Virus record (IMG/VR): IMGVR_UViG_3300050821_006746
Span: 1 to 64,000 of that record
Strand: one strand, 5' to 3'
DNA from: a virus
Length of the DNA stretch: 64,000 bases
Shown: positions 41,035-53,566 of the stretch, piece after piece
Layout: each line of letters starts with the position of its first letter
Numbering within the stretch: the first letter of the stretch is position 1
Translations under genes and position numbers: made by a program
The notes under the pieces: model-generated
Told to the model about the DNA's origin: nothing
Seen by the model: only the letters and a program-made list of their open reading frames with translations
The model's database searches: none

Positions 41035-43142
41035 TTGGACAGAAAAGAGAAGGCTAACCGACGCGCCAAAGATGCCGTTATTGCGTTGCTTGTTGCATCC
41101 GAGCAGCCACCCAATGAGGCAGAGGCGCTAACTTCGATGTTGGAATGGGAAGACCTAACCTATACACAAGTGCTTGAGGCGCTTGATTATAACCTCAAGC
41201 ACAACGCCTATCGCAATGAGCAACTGGAGAACCATGCTAACTTATGTATTCGAGAAGCAGAGAAGGTGAAGGCGCGCAAACAGAGGGAGGCGGTTAGTGT
41301 CTAGACTTACCGAACCACGCCAGTACAAGCAGCGCACCCACGAAGAGATGCAAGACGCACTCAGACGCTTCTGCAACGCTGCATGGGGCAATCATGGGGC
41401 AAATGAGCGTAGTGTCTTCTCTATCCCACCTGACGATGAGGACGCTGATATTATTTTCTCTGATGTCATGCACGAACTGGTAGAGGCACGTAAACGGATC
41501 ATAGAACTTGAGGCAGAGGTACAATCGTTGCGAGAAAGAGAGAAAGAATAATGTGGGATATTCCTAAATACTGGTTAGTAGCATTCGGCATAGGATGCGC
41601 ATTCTTATTGCTTCTTTTGGCGTGGATCACAATATTTGTGCCACTCTTCAATCAAGCCGATTACAACAACTTCAATATCGAAGAGCAACTAGACAGAGCA
41701 GAGCGCATGGGCATTCTGAGCGCACTCAAGTGCTCAGTGAAGATGGCAACCATCTACAAATTGACGTTTGCCCATAGGATCGCCTGCTTAATGAGTGAGG
41801 TGCAGCCATGATCCATAGCGACGATCCCAAGATAACATTGCTCAAAGAGTGCTACGCATTGCTAGACGATATCCGAGATGAGGGTGTGTACAAATCAGCA
41901 ATCATTCCTGGTCTGCTTGCCCGTATAGTCCCGTTTATTTTTAGCCCTATCCCATACGAAGAGGTTTCCACAGTACGCTTTCGTTGTCCTGGTTGCCAAT
42001 CGGTGATGCTTGAGGTTTTACGCAGCGATTGGGCGACATGGGACCACATTACATGCGATTGTGGCAAACGTTACCGGGTTGTATGGTGTGAAGGCGAAAG
42101 CAAAGCGTATATTTTGGAGGATGTGCAGCCATGACTCATACTATCCCTGGTCGCGCTCATACGCCAGAACAAAAACGCGCAATCATCGAGCGCTTTTACG
42201 AAGCCTGGCTTGCTGTTCCTAATTGGCGGTTGCCTCAACTTATTTACAACGCTACTGGAGGCAAGGACATTTTCTATGTAGAGGATGAGCCTTTTATGGC
42301 AGAGATAGAGCAAATATCGGAACGATGGAGGCAACCATGACCCTCATCCTCTGGGCAACATCTCCCATCACATCAACGCTCGCCATATGGGCACTATCGC
42401 GCATCATCGGCGCTGGTATGTACTATTTCGCCGGTAGAGGAAGTAAGGTGCAATCGTGAAACAGCAGTATCACAAAACGGTCAAGCTCAAGGGATGGCAG
42501 ATCGAAGACGGAGAGGACATCGACAAAGCAATACAAGAGGTTTTGGAAATTATTGCTCAGCAAAAAGGAACAATCCACCTGATCGATTTCAAAATCTATC
42601 AGATAGATACACAGCCATTGCTAGCGCACCGCGAGACGTTCTTGACGGTTATGGCAGAAGAGGGGGAGTTATGAACACACCATGCCCACTCTGCAATACC
42701 CCAACAGACCTACACTCTGATTGTCCTGGCTATCCTGGTCGCGGCAGCAAAACAGGCTTTGTCATGGCATGCAACCCTCCATGCGGCAACGCCTGCCGCT
42801 TTGAGTGCCCTTCCTGCCATTGGTGGTATCGCACGCCAAACTGCCGCGATGCGAGCAAGATGGGCATTCGTCCCGATTGGCTAGACGCTGTACTGGCAGT
42901 GTTTGAGGAGGCGGAAAATGCGCTTTAAAAATAGGCAACGCAAGATAAGCAGAGGCGTAATGCCAATTCAAGAAATCCTAGACCAATACGGAGATATGCC
43001 CATGTGCGACTTTGTAGACCTTGCCATAACTCACGGTCTTATTCCACTGAACATGCATCTCAGCCCATACGATGAATTGGCAATATACCCACAACATCGG
43101 AGCACCCCAGCGCTGTCAGTGCAGAATGGGCCTGCATCATGA
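41035..43142 (+). other. Chain of small hypothetical and Zn-ribbon genes
   Basis: ATGA-coupled ORFs. Confidence 0.65.
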
Positions 43143-43195
43143 GCACAACACAAAAGCGGCGCACATTTCGCACGCCGCTAACCTCATCTGAATAC

Positions 43196-43435
43196 TCAAG
43201 CTGCTATGGATTTACGAGGAGGCTCTACCAGCGTACTCAAGTCAACTTCAAGCGCTCTGGCCAACTTGATAAGCGTTTCTCTTCGTGGCATTCGCCTACC
43301 ATTCTCAATAGTACTGATCGTATCAACATCAACATCTGCCCTAGTTGCCAAATCAACCTGTGTCATGAGACGGCTTTCTCTCACTTCTCGCAGGCGGAAC
43401 TTCGCCCCTACAGGTCTCTTTCGTGGTCTACCCAT
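43196..43435 (-). CDS. XRE-family HTH repressor
   Basis: LREVRESRLMTQVDLATRADVDVDTISTIENGRRMPRRETLIKLARAL. Confidence 0.9.
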   Translation of the reverse strand: MGRPRKRPVGAKFRLREVRESRLMTQVDLATRADVDVDTISTIENGRRMPRRETLIKLARALEVDLSTLVEPPRKSIAA

Positions 43436-43561
43436 GTGTTATGTATCTCCTCATCGCTTATGTGGTTTGTGGTCTCTGAACATTTTCGGTGTATTTCTCT
43501 CAAGTTTAAATCACTGCCAAACAAAATTCAAGCCCAACTATCGAATGTACGTGTATTCACC

Positions 43562-43590
43562 TTGACAAACTTAGTGCAATCATGTAAGAT
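43562..43590 (+). promoter_or_regulatory. Promoter divergent from the XRE gene
   Basis: TTGACA-N17-TAAGAT. Confidence 0.7.
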
Positions 43591-43631
43591 ATCTAGAAAG
43601 AAAATCCGTTAAATTGCTAAGGAGACAATCA

Positions 43632-44072
43632 ATGAGCAAAATCACGCCTGATCAAGAAACGTTCCTTGCTTTCGTAGCAAGTGAGATCGCAGGTCAGGAA
43701 CGCCTCAATCAATTCGCGACATACGAAGCTTTGAAGTGTATTTGCGAATACTATAATCACCCTACCGAATCAACAGCGCTTGACCTGTACTTTTTCTTGC
43801 GTACCCATGACGAAAGCAGGGCAATGGTCCACCAATTCAGGGAATACACACGAACACATCAGTTAAACGAAAACGATACCACCGTCAATCGCCAATTCAC
43901 ACCCGACGACAAAATTAGCATGGTCAAGGGCGCTATTATCGGTGCATTGGGCGGTGGTCACATCGATGGACGCGACGGGGCAAGTTATTGCAAGGCCGTG
44001 CTAGCAAGCATCGCTGAGATCCTCGATATCACTATCCCAGAAGATCTCAAGGCGGCAAACGGACTGCACTAG
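43632..44072 (+). CDS. Hypothetical protein
   Basis: RBS AAGGAG. Confidence 0.7.
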   Translation: MSKITPDQETFLAFVASEIAGQERLNQFATYEALKCICEYYNHPTESTALDLYFFLRTHDESRAMVHQFREYTRTHQLNENDTTVNRQFTPDDKISMVKGAIIGALGGGHIDGRDGASYCKAVLASIAEILDITIPEDLKAANGLH

Positions 44073-44594
44073 GAGCGCAACAATGAAAACAATCGATCAA
44101 CTCAGCAAATCGGGCCTGCGCAAACGTCGCCAGCATATCATGACCATGCCGTTGACGCCTGTCCGTGCTGAGAAAATCCGGCAAATTGAGGCGAGAGAGT
44201 GGGAGTTGTATCGAGAGGAGAATCCGCCAGTGAAGGCGCCTGCAAATTTTTTTGTACGGGAAGAGGAGTGGTAAATGAGATTCAAAGTACGAACCGCCGT
44301 CCAATTGACGCAAGAGCAACTGGCCACGCTGCAACGTCATGGTTGCAGGCCCATACCCTATATCACATGGGACCATGAATGGGTCTTTGCAGCGTATTGC
44401 GAGGATGGACAAGAGCAAGAATTGCGCAATCAGGCATGGCGCAAGCGGCGCGAACACAACCGCAAAATGATGTACTTCTTTGCTCTAATGGAGCAAGAGA
44501 CGGTCTCGCTGCAAGGCACGATGGTTGCTCTTGCTGAGGTCTACGTGGATGCCGCCCAGATGGCTGCAACGAACACAAAGAAGGAGCAAGAAGC

Positions 44595-44996
44595 ATGAGC
44601 AACTTCAACAACACAACCATTGTGGTAGCATCCATTTCACCACACATCTGGGAACAGGATAAAGGCGTTTGGAAGCAGTGGGTAACATCCATCGACGTTT
44701 CGTTCAAGACGAAGGAGACATACAAGCGGATTATCACACATTTCTACGGACTGCTTAATCTACCTATCTCTCAGATAACTGAGCAGCACATCAACGATTA
44801 TCGAGACTATCTGGTAGAAGATGGTAGAACTGAGAGAACTGTCAGAACCTACATAACCGTCATTAACAAGTATTGGCGGTTTGCTCAGGCATTGCAAAAA
44901 GCAAGAACAGCAACGGAAGAGACGTACCACGATCTGACCGAACTAGAAGTCTCGGTATTTGCTCAGGTTCAGCAAGAAATGGCAGGTGAAGCATGA
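44595..44996 (+). CDS. Stand-alone tyrosine-recombinase core-binding (SAM-like) domain
   Basis: TKETYKRIITHF...ITEQHINDYRDYL...TVRTYITVINKYWRF; no catalytic domain. Confidence 0.7.
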   Translation: MSNFNNTTIVVASISPHIWEQDKGVWKQWVTSIDVSFKTKETYKRIITHFYGLLNLPISQITEQHINDYRDYLVEDGRTERTVRTYITVINKYWRFAQALQKARTATEETYHDLTELEVSVFAQVQQEMAGEA

Positions 44997-45541
44997 GCAT
45001 AGCCAATCCTGAAAACGTTCTCTGTACGCATCCCAACCAGTACCCGAAATTCGAGATTGACGTGATACCGGGCACAGATTGGGAGCTAGAAATCCGAAGT
45101 GAGCATGTCATTTATGCCTATCGATGGGATGACGAAGAATTTACCATGCAATACATCCTGTGGCCAAACGGAAACGATGCCATATTCACATCTCGTGACG
45201 ACGCCATAGAGGCTTGTAAACAATTCGAGGAGACGAAAACAAAATGAGCGAAGAGAGACAAATTGAAATTCGCCCTTTTGGCCAAATTGTTTGTCATCGC
45301 ACGCCGTCTAACCCGAAGTTTATGCGAGACCAGCATGTGATACGTCGCAACGCTACCGATGAGAGCAAGTTGGGCAACTTTGTAGCCTACTGCGAGGATG
45401 CGCGGCTTGCTTGGGTCTTCTGGGCAGGCGAGACTGAGGCAAGGAAAGTGCTACTCTCGAATTTGGCATCTATCGAGGATTGGCGTGTTGCTCGTGAACA
45501 ACAGGCTAACCTTGCGAATTATTGGAAATAGGAGCATCAAC

Positions 45542-45865
45542 ATGGAAAAACCGACTATTGTCTGTCTCTGCGGTTCCACTCGCTTCTCAGATGCATTTCA
45601 CGAAGCCAACTTACGCGAAACCCTGGCAGGCCGCATTGTCTTATCCATCGGTTGCGATTTCAAGAGTGACACCGACCTTTTGCTAGCCGGTGAACTCACT
45701 ACGGCAGACAAACATCGCCTAGACGAGCTGCACCTGCGTAAGATCGATTTAGCCGATGAGGTGCTTGTGCTCAACGTTGGCGGATACATCGGACAATCGA
45801 CAAGCAACGAGATTGCCTACGCCCAAAACCACAACAAGCCTATTCGTTGGCTGGAAGCTTTGTAG
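45542..45865 (+). CDS. Nucleoside 2-deoxyribosyltransferase-like / DUF4406-like protein
   Basis: IVCLCGSTRF...HLRKIDLADEVLVLNVGGYIGQST.NEI.YA. Confidence 0.7.
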   Translation: MEKPTIVCLCGSTRFSDAFHEANLRETLAGRIVLSIGCDFKSDTDLLLAGELTTADKHRLDELHLRKIDLADEVLVLNVGGYIGQSTSNEIAYAQNHNKPIRWLEAL

Positions 45866-46464
45866 TTCGTATTTTACTCCTTCAGTGACAGGAGAACACA
45901 TCATGTACACACTCGAAGAACGAGACGGCGCATTATACGCCAAAGAAACGAGCATTAACGAATGGCTTCCGCGCCAGGACGAAAACTGGTACTTGCTCGC
46001 CACCCCTTACCGAAATTTCGTTTCGTGGTTTGCTTCTGAGGAAGCAGCTCGCCAACTTCTCGGCATGGAAATCCGTGCTACCATCAACAATCCTGCGGTG
46101 GTTTTCCGAAATCACTTAGGTTGGCTTTTCCATCGGGCCGACGCCAGTTCTAAACCCGCCTATACCGAATCTACCCCCATACCTTCGCCAAAGATCAAAG
46201 GTCGCTGCAAGGTTGTGTGGCACAAAGGCGCATGGCACAAGGAAACCGTGAAGGGATTGGTGAAAGTCGCATGAAACCAAGCCTCAAACTACTCTACTAC
46301 TCGCTAGAACGAGCGAGCATGACCTACGCCGAAACAGGCTCACCCTATGCTCAGCAACGCGCAATTGAACTCATCGGAGAATTGCACCAATGTCTAGACG
46401 ATGTTGAACAAATCATCCTCTCAGAAGAGCGCACGCCCACTACAGGCGAATCGGAGGCGCAAGG

Positions 46465-47157
46465 ATGAAAGTTCTTATCGTAGATGAAAATTCTAATATG
46501 GTCCACATGCTCTCTGGCCTGCTCAAGCATCAAGTGGGTATCGATGTACTGGAGGCCAGTTCTCTCAGGCAAGTCGAGCAAGGCTGGCAGTGGAAACCTG
46601 ATCTTGTACTCATTGACCCTCTAGACGATACGGGCATCGACTTTTGCACCCAACTGCGCAAGAAACATGACCCGCTCATCCTGGCAATGAGCAGAGACAG
46701 AGCAAACGAAGCGCCCTATCTCGAAAACGGCGCTGATGCTTACATTCAGAAGCCGTTCCTGCCTGAGAAAGTTCTTGCGCATATCCATGCTCTTGCTCGT
46801 AGACCACGTTCGCAAGCCAGTATCAATAGCGGCATTATGCGCATAGGCAACCTGACTATTGACTCAGTGCGCAACCAGGCTCAAGCACAAGACTCTACGA
46901 TTGCGCTGACTACCATAGAGTGCCGATTGCTCTGGTATCTCGCCAACAATGCACCGCGTATTTGCTCATATGCTTTGCTAGTCGATTATGCATGGAATAT
47001 CAATATCCCTTGTGTCCGAGAAAAAACGGACACCAACTTGCTCAAAGTGTTCATGTTCCATTTGCGCAAGAAACTGGCAACACTTGGCCGCATGGGAACA
47101 GTCGAGAATGTTGTAGGCACTGGATATCAATTTATCCCAGCAGAGGAGCAATCATGA
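46465..47157 (+). CDS. OmpR-family response regulator (orphan)
   Basis: Receiver VLIVDE..PDLVLID..GADAYIQKPF; wHTH LTTIECRLL..LRKKL..NVVGTGY. Confidence 0.9.
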   Translation: MKVLIVDENSNMVHMLSGLLKHQVGIDVLEASSLRQVEQGWQWKPDLVLIDPLDDTGIDFCTQLRKKHDPLILAMSRDRANEAPYLENGADAYIQKPFLPEKVLAHIHALARRPRSQASINSGIMRIGNLTIDSVRNQAQAQDSTIALTTIECRLLWYLANNAPRICSYALLVDYAWNINIPCVREKTDTNLLKVFMFHLRKKLATLGRMGTVENVVGTGYQFIPAEEQS

Positions 47158-47516
47158 GCGACAACGACCTACATCTTGAGATTAACGATAAATGCATCGA
47201 TAAGGGAACGCCTGTTTTATTGGGCAAAAACACAGTCTTTCACTTTTCGCCGCCGCTCAACGAGGATTACTGGATATTCCGTGTCATGCTACACAAAGAT
47301 CAGGCAGTTGTGGGATTTCCGAAGTACTCAGGAATAGGCATTGGCTTTGCTCAAGAGGAGCACTACAACGTTAACCTGCCATACAGGTGCAATGCTGCAA
47401 TGGTCTACGATCACATCGAAGAGAACAAGCGCTACGATGAGATCACCAAAGAGCAGTGCATACAGGCAATACACCTGATCCAAGAAGCAGCAGAACGGTA
47501 CCAGCAATCACAATGA
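47154..47516 (+). CDS. Hypothetical protein
   Basis: ATGA overlap, RBS GAGGAG. Confidence 0.65.
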   Translation: MSDNDLHLEINDKCIDKGTPVLLGKNTVFHFSPPLNEDYWIFRVMLHKDQAVVGFPKYSGIGIGFAQEEHYNVNLPYRCNAAMVYDHIEENKRYDEITKEQCIQAIHLIQEAAERYQQSQ

Positions 47517-48315
47517 CCAGAGACCATCTTTGGCTCGCACTCAGCGGCGCTCTGCTCGTGGCGTTCGCGCTTGCCGCTATTTGGCTGTTTAGTGCGCATT
47601 ATTCGCTATTATTTGTTTCGTTTTAGGAGCATTTTATGAGTAAAAGTGGTGGATACCTTGATGTGGTTAATGACGATCTTATCTCTCGACGTGGCTTGAC
47701 GCTCAGACCACACCCAAAGCAGGTTGTGCTTGAAGGCATCCAATCTGTGGAGGATAATCGCTTTCCAGATGGTCGTGCCCTGGCACCAATAATTAGCAAA
47801 CACGAATGTGCGTGCTGGGTATGCCATCCTGAGATGTTTCCTGATGGTGAAGTTGAGGAAGGGACTGTGAGCGTGCGCAAATGGCTTACACCACGTTTCT
47901 GGAAAACGACTCTCGATGGACAACCATGCGGGTTTGTCAAAGAGGCAAAACCAGGACGACAGGGTCATGTGTGGGTATCACGAACGCCGCCACATGCCTG
48001 CTCTTGTGGTAGTCACTATTCTTGCACAATGATGTTGCATGGCAACGTAACGGTCACACCTGACGGAGATGATTACAAATGATTGTACAGCAACCCATCA
48101 CAGCACAGCAAAAAGCCGAGATGAAGACCCTGGCAAAGCAGTGCAAGGCAAAGGTCTCATTCAGTGGGCCACACATCGCACTCACAACCAAGTGCTTCTC
48201 AGGGCGCTATCCCAACAACATGGACGGCTATAGCGCCGCACTGGCAATACTTGAGAAGTTAACGCCGAAACAATCGTAGTGCATCACTTATCCCGTCAGT
48301 GATCGGGAGGACATC

Positions 48316-48927
48316 ATGAATACGCTTATACCCATTGATCCAATAGAGAATAATTTGTTAGGCAAAAGCAATGAATGGTACACACCATCTCGCTATATCG
48401 AAGCCGCAAAGGAAGTCATGGGCGGCATTGATCTTGACCCTGCTTCGAGTGAAGTAGCCAACAAAACCGTTAAGGCAGCAAGGTACTACACCATCAAGGA
48501 TAACGGACTCCTGCAGGATTGGCGTGGTCGCATATGGCTCAATCCCCCCTATGGACGCACGACTAAAATGCAGGGTCAGCACAAAAGCACCATCTATTTG
48601 TTCACCGAAAAGCTTATCAAATCCTATGAGAGCGGAGAAGTTGAGCAAGCTATCATTTTGGCAACCACTGAGGTAAATGCGCGGTGGTTTTATCCGCTCT
48701 GGAAATATCCCATATGCATACCTGACCATCGCGTCCATTTTATGGTTGATGAGAAGCTAGAAAAATATTGCCAGATGTTTGGCACCTGCTTTGCTTACCT
48801 CGGACCTAACGAAGCTCATTTTACAGAAGTCTTTTCTAGGTTTGGGCATGTTGTCAAAACCGTTGGACGGCCAGCGCCAAAGCCAATAGCACTAGACCTG
48901 TGGACACCAACAAGCGTGGCACCGTAA
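48316..48927 (+). CDS. Phage DNA N6-adenine methyltransferase
   Basis: EWYTP, IDLDPAS, WLNPPYG. Confidence 0.88.
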   Translation: MNTLIPIDPIENNLLGKSNEWYTPSRYIEAAKEVMGGIDLDPASSEVANKTVKAARYYTIKDNGLLQDWRGRIWLNPPYGRTTKMQGQHKSTIYLFTEKLIKSYESGEVEQAIILATTEVNARWFYPLWKYPICIPDHRVHFMVDEKLEKYCQMFGTCFAYLGPNEAHFTEVFSRFGHVVKTVGRPAPKPIALDLWTPTSVAP

Positions 48928-49132
48928 CGCGTTCCTTAGCCTCTCAGCACGAGGTGACCCATGACATCATTCAGCGCCTATGCGCTTACTAATAGATACA
49001 GATTCACCAACAATAGTTGCAGATTCTTGCAATCACTTGCATTTCACGGCAAATTCGTATATCCTAGTACTGACACGTTGACTTCGTTAGATCAGTGTGT
49101 TATCATGATAACGAGCGAACAGGAGAACCAAC

Positions 49133-49333
49133 ATGTTTATGGCAGAAATAGCGTACACGCCAGAGGAGGTAGCAAAGAGGCTCAGCATCACGCCGCGCAT
49201 GGCAACAGAGTATCTACGAACGGGCAAAATACCGGGTGGGTACAAGGTAGCTGGTCAGTGGAGAATAGACGAGCCAGACCTCACGAACTTTATAACAGAG
49301 CAGAAGCGCAAGGCTTCACAAAAGGACTCATAG
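49133..49333 (+). CDS. Excisionase-like HTH_17 protein
   Basis: YTPEEVAKRLSITPRMATEYLRTGKIPGGYKVAGQWRI. Confidence 0.85.
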   Translation: MFMAEIAYTPEEVAKRLSITPRMATEYLRTGKIPGGYKVAGQWRIDEPDLTNFITEQKRKASQKDS

Positions 49334-49344
49334 GGGTTATCCCC

Positions 49345-49493
49345 AAAAACGACATTGAGCCACCTAAACTTTGGCGAGTAGCAGGTGGCCCATGAACAAA
49401 GATCTCAGCAGAACGTTTAATGCGTTCTGACGAGCGACTTTGTGTCCATTCACTGGACAAATTAACTATACACTATCCGGCAAGCCGCGTCAA
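49345..49493 (-). ncRNA. Candidate antisense sRNA (~115 nt)
   Basis: TTGACG-N17-TATAGT at 49493-49465; three hairpins; U-run at 49345. Confidence 0.55.
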
Positions 49494-49553
49494 GGTGAAA
49501 CACCAACGACGACTTGAAACAGCGAGACACATACAAGCGAAAGAAGGAGAGCG

Positions 49554-52500
49554 ATGAGCACACAACCAACGCCATTGATGATTAAAACTCTAGAGCAAAT
49601 TGGGAACGACACCGTAACTGGATGGGGCTACAACAACAACCCGAATGGACAGCGCAACCTCAATGCCAACATAACCCACGCATTGATTAAACGTGGACTG
49701 CTAGAGCCTGCTGGTGAAATGTCATGGAGTGGGCAGAACACGCCTGTGTACCGTCTCTCTGAGTCAGGGAAGCAAGCATTGAGTGCTGCACTACCGCCCA
49801 CGACACCGAAAGATGAGTCTTGGAAATTAGTGTTTGCGAGAGGTGAACAATGGGCATAACAAAAATCACGTCAGCGCAACAGCAGATCCTCAACCAAATG
49901 CGCAGAGGCTATGCGCTCATTTCTCATATGGACACCAAATACCGTTCATTCAACATGCCTGCTGAGCATGGCGGATACCTGCTCAACACAGCGTCTTGTG
50001 CCATGAAGCCCGTTCTTCTCTCGACAATTAAAGCCATGCTTGGTAAAAATCTGATTGCCGAGGAAAAGCGCTATGTCTCATCAGATGGCTTCTGTGGTGA
50101 ACACCAGACGGAGAGGTGGCGCATTCACTACAAACTCAACCTGTGCATTCACTGCTATGAGCAGCCTGCTAGCGATCAGTTCAATGGCATGTTCTGCGCT
50201 GCATGCGCCAATGAGATGGGTGAGCAGTGGGAAACCGAACAAAACGAGCGTGTGAAGGAGATGGCGCAATGAACAAAAGAATGATCACGGCTATTACACC
50301 CAGGTCTGATTTTGTTGAGGTCGATCTAGCCTGTGGGCACACAATACGGTGGTTCCCGTTTAGCGAACAAACCCCTCAGCAATTGGCAGAGCACATGCAA
50401 AACCTAACACCCAAGCCAATACAAGTAGGCAAGACAAAGTTAAATTGCAAGGAGTGCACACAATGAGCAACGAAGAACGACAAGTATCGTGGATTGGCAC
50501 ACTCCACGTCACGTACAAAGCAGGCGATACCGGTATGATTATCCCCGAATATATCCTTGCCCGCATGACACCAGAACTGGTAGCAAGCGAATTGGAAAGC
50601 ATCGCACGACAAATCAGAGACGGTCAAGTACCGGATCAAGTCAAGCCGATCGATGAGGTTGATATTCTCCACCTGCGGCAAATTGCAGAGTGGCTAGAGC
50701 AACGCTATGGCACATCCAAGGAAACCATCGCGCTCCAGCCACAAGCGAAAGGACAACAACAATGATTACTGACGAGGCGATACTACAAGCAATCGAATAC
50801 AGGATGGATCAGTTAAACGCAACATTCAGCCTTGAGGATGGGCACATTTGCAGCAATAACGCTGATCTAGGAACCATTTCAAAAGTGTATCATCTTCCAC
50901 TTCATTGTCTTGCCCAACTAATCTGGAAAAGTAAGGAAGAGGCAGAGGTGAAAGCATGACACCAATCACAGCCGCCGCCACTATCCAGCGCATTGCTGAC
51001 AGTGGACTCGATATCAGCACTGAGGATTATCGGGCACTGGTAGAGGTTGCCCAATGGCTAGCGACGTTGCAAGAGCCAGTGAGCACGGAACTTGACGACA
51101 TAATTGACACACTCGACGAAACAATTGATGAGATTGTAGATACCATCCTTGACGACAACAATGTTGACACCCTCAACGATGAAGAAAGAGTTTCGCCAGA
51201 AACGTGGCTTTCTGCAAAAACAGAAATTTTGGCATTGTTGGCTCAGCGCAAGGAGAAGGCACAATGAGCAAACTCAGTTTCGCTTGTGGTCACACCGAAG
51301 AGCAAGAGCACGCACTGGTCAATGAGTTCTTTGACGGCTTGCGCGCTTACATGAAACAGTGTGGGCGCTTCATGGGCAAGCCGATTGCCGAGAACTGGCA
51401 AACACTCGACGAGCAAGCAAAAGATCACCACATTAATGTTCTGTTTGTGCGCCATGCGGTTACGCTCACAAAGTTGGCACACGACGCGATACACGAGGCG
51501 ACAAAAGCATGAACCACGAAGGCAAGCACTACATACACACCACTAAAGCGTGGTACTACGCTGATTGGGCACCACAGGAGTGGCAAGACGAAATTCGCTT
51601 TTTCACAGAGGGATCGGGAGCAATGTACATGCGCTGGTATGCTCGTCCCAACTTAACATCACGTTTAGAGGTGAACATAGGCGAGATGTATGCACTGACG
51701 ACACAAACGGAACTACTTTCAACGTTGGCTCACATTGCTGTGAGCGGCGAGAAAATGGCACCCGATGATTTTCGCGAGATCCTTGAGGAATGTGGTTTTG
51801 TGGATAGCACGCCTCTTACACAAAAAGGGCACCCCAACGAGGAGACACAATCATGATAGGGTTATCAGACATCGCAGAACAGGGCGAAGAATCGGGAAGA
51901 GAAGAAGCGGCATGTGATTATCCGTTCCTTCCTGATCCTCTAGATTATCGAGAATTGCGTCAATATGGGCGTGGTCGTGCGCAAGGCTTATACCGATTAC
52001 GCGGCAAAGCAGCACGTGTGTTTGCGCACAACTGGTCTATAGGCTACATAGCTGAGTGCAATTTATATAAACTGGTTTGCTCAGCAGAATTGCAGGAGGC
52101 GCAATCATGATAACACTCACCACAGGTGCACATCTCGCCAGTGTGCGAGAACGCCTCACAGCGCCGCTAGACGAGCAAAGCTATAACGACCTGGCAGTGG
52201 TAGCGCTCTTCTACTCGACGCACGCCACGACTGAGCAGCGTGTTGAGGCGGCATTGCTCTATGTGGAGGTGGTTCGCAAGGCGGCAGAGGCGAGACGAGC
52301 AACGCGACAAGATGATATAGCATGACACGTTGACATAATGTTGAGACAAGCGAGCAGTAAGGATAGCAACATGGAACAAGAGAAGCCACTCACAATCGAG
52401 CAGCGCATTACTCGTATCCGCCAATGTATGCAGGCTGCGGGCGAGGATTGCGTAGCATTGGGTAATCAGTGGAGCGAGTTTGGCGATTGGAACAATGGGC

Positions 52501-52779
52501 CACGCTTCTCTGTTCGCAGTCAGATAATGCCTGAGAATATGCAGGAAGCCACAAAGGAGACGCCACAAAATGCAATTTGAGCAAGCAACCAAGAACCTGA
52601 CAGATCGCACTGACTGCAACCCGAATGATTATGAGGCAATTCAATACTTCCTCATCGAGTTTGCGGAGCACATTCTTATGCATACTACACCTGCGGCAGG
52701 GAGCACGATCAAGAAGTATCAGGGGATGTCTGTAGAGCAAATCGTGGTGGCTCTTCCCGATATGCCAGAAATGGAGTGA
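49554..52779 (+). other. Chain of ~12 small hypothetical genes
   Basis: ATGA-coupled ORFs with RBSs. Confidence 0.65.
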
Positions 52780-52782
52780 CCT

Positions 52783-53208
52783 ATGAGCAGAGAACTACTT
52801 TTCCGCGCCTGGACTGGCAAGACGATGATGTACCAAGATCGGCAATACTTGGGATCATTCATCCGTCGCGTGGTCATACAAGTCTTGATGGATCACGATT
52901 TTCCCGAAGCGATGAAGCGCAAAAGCTACTTGCCCAAAGGGACCAAAATTGACGATTATCTCATGCAATACATCAACAATGAGGATATCTGCGGCAAAAA
53001 AATCTACGACGAGGACATTGTGATGCTACGTGGTAGCAACTACCCGACGCGCTATCAAGTGTACTGGAATGTGGATCAGTGGGACGTGAAAGATGCTCAG
53101 GGCAATGGCTATGATCGTGGCTACTACGAGAGTGGCTCTATTAACTGGAGAAGTGGCTTGGAAGTTATCGGCAATATGCGCGAAACCCCTAACTTACTCA
53201 ACAATTAG
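52783..53208 (+). CDS. YopX-family protein
   Basis: RELLFRAW...LMQY....GKKIYDEDIV...LEVIGNMRETPNLL. Confidence 0.85.
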   Translation: MSRELLFRAWTGKTMMYQDRQYLGSFIRRVVIQVLMDHDFPEAMKRKSYLPKGTKIDDYLMQYINNEDICGKKIYDEDIVMLRGSNYPTRYQVYWNVDQWDVKDAQGNGYDRGYYESGSINWRSGLEVIGNMRETPNLLNN

Positions 53209-53338
53209 CCTGCCCTACGGCAGTGTACATAGAGGTGTCCAGTGACCACCAACATCAGCGCCCAGCGCGCATATGATACAATCGACTTGACATTAGCCAA
53301 CAGATCAAGTAAAATGGCATTAGCCAACAAGGAGAATA

Positions 53339-53566
53339 ATGGATTTGGAAGCAGTAAAGGAGATCATCTCTTCGCAGGGATGGACACCGCAGGAAAGGAA
53401 GAAGCAGAGAGGGACGCTCTATTTGTACGCTGCCAAATGGGATGTAGAGGAACAAAAAACCATGTGGCGATACATTTGTGCGATATCCCAGGCGGAATAT
53501 CTCACAGAGGAGCAAATACTAGCAACACTCAGCAGACCACCGAGAACAAAAAGAAAGCCAGCTTAG
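53339..53566 (+). CDS. Small basic hypothetical protein
   Basis: RBS AAGGAG. Confidence 0.65.
   Translation: MDLEAVKEIISSQGWTPQERKKQRGTLYLYAAKWDVEEQKTMWRYICAISQAEYLTEEQILATLSRPPRTKRKPA

Noticed and set aside
44595-44996. Functional integrase and att site
   Set aside because: There is no catalytic R-H-R-Y domain.
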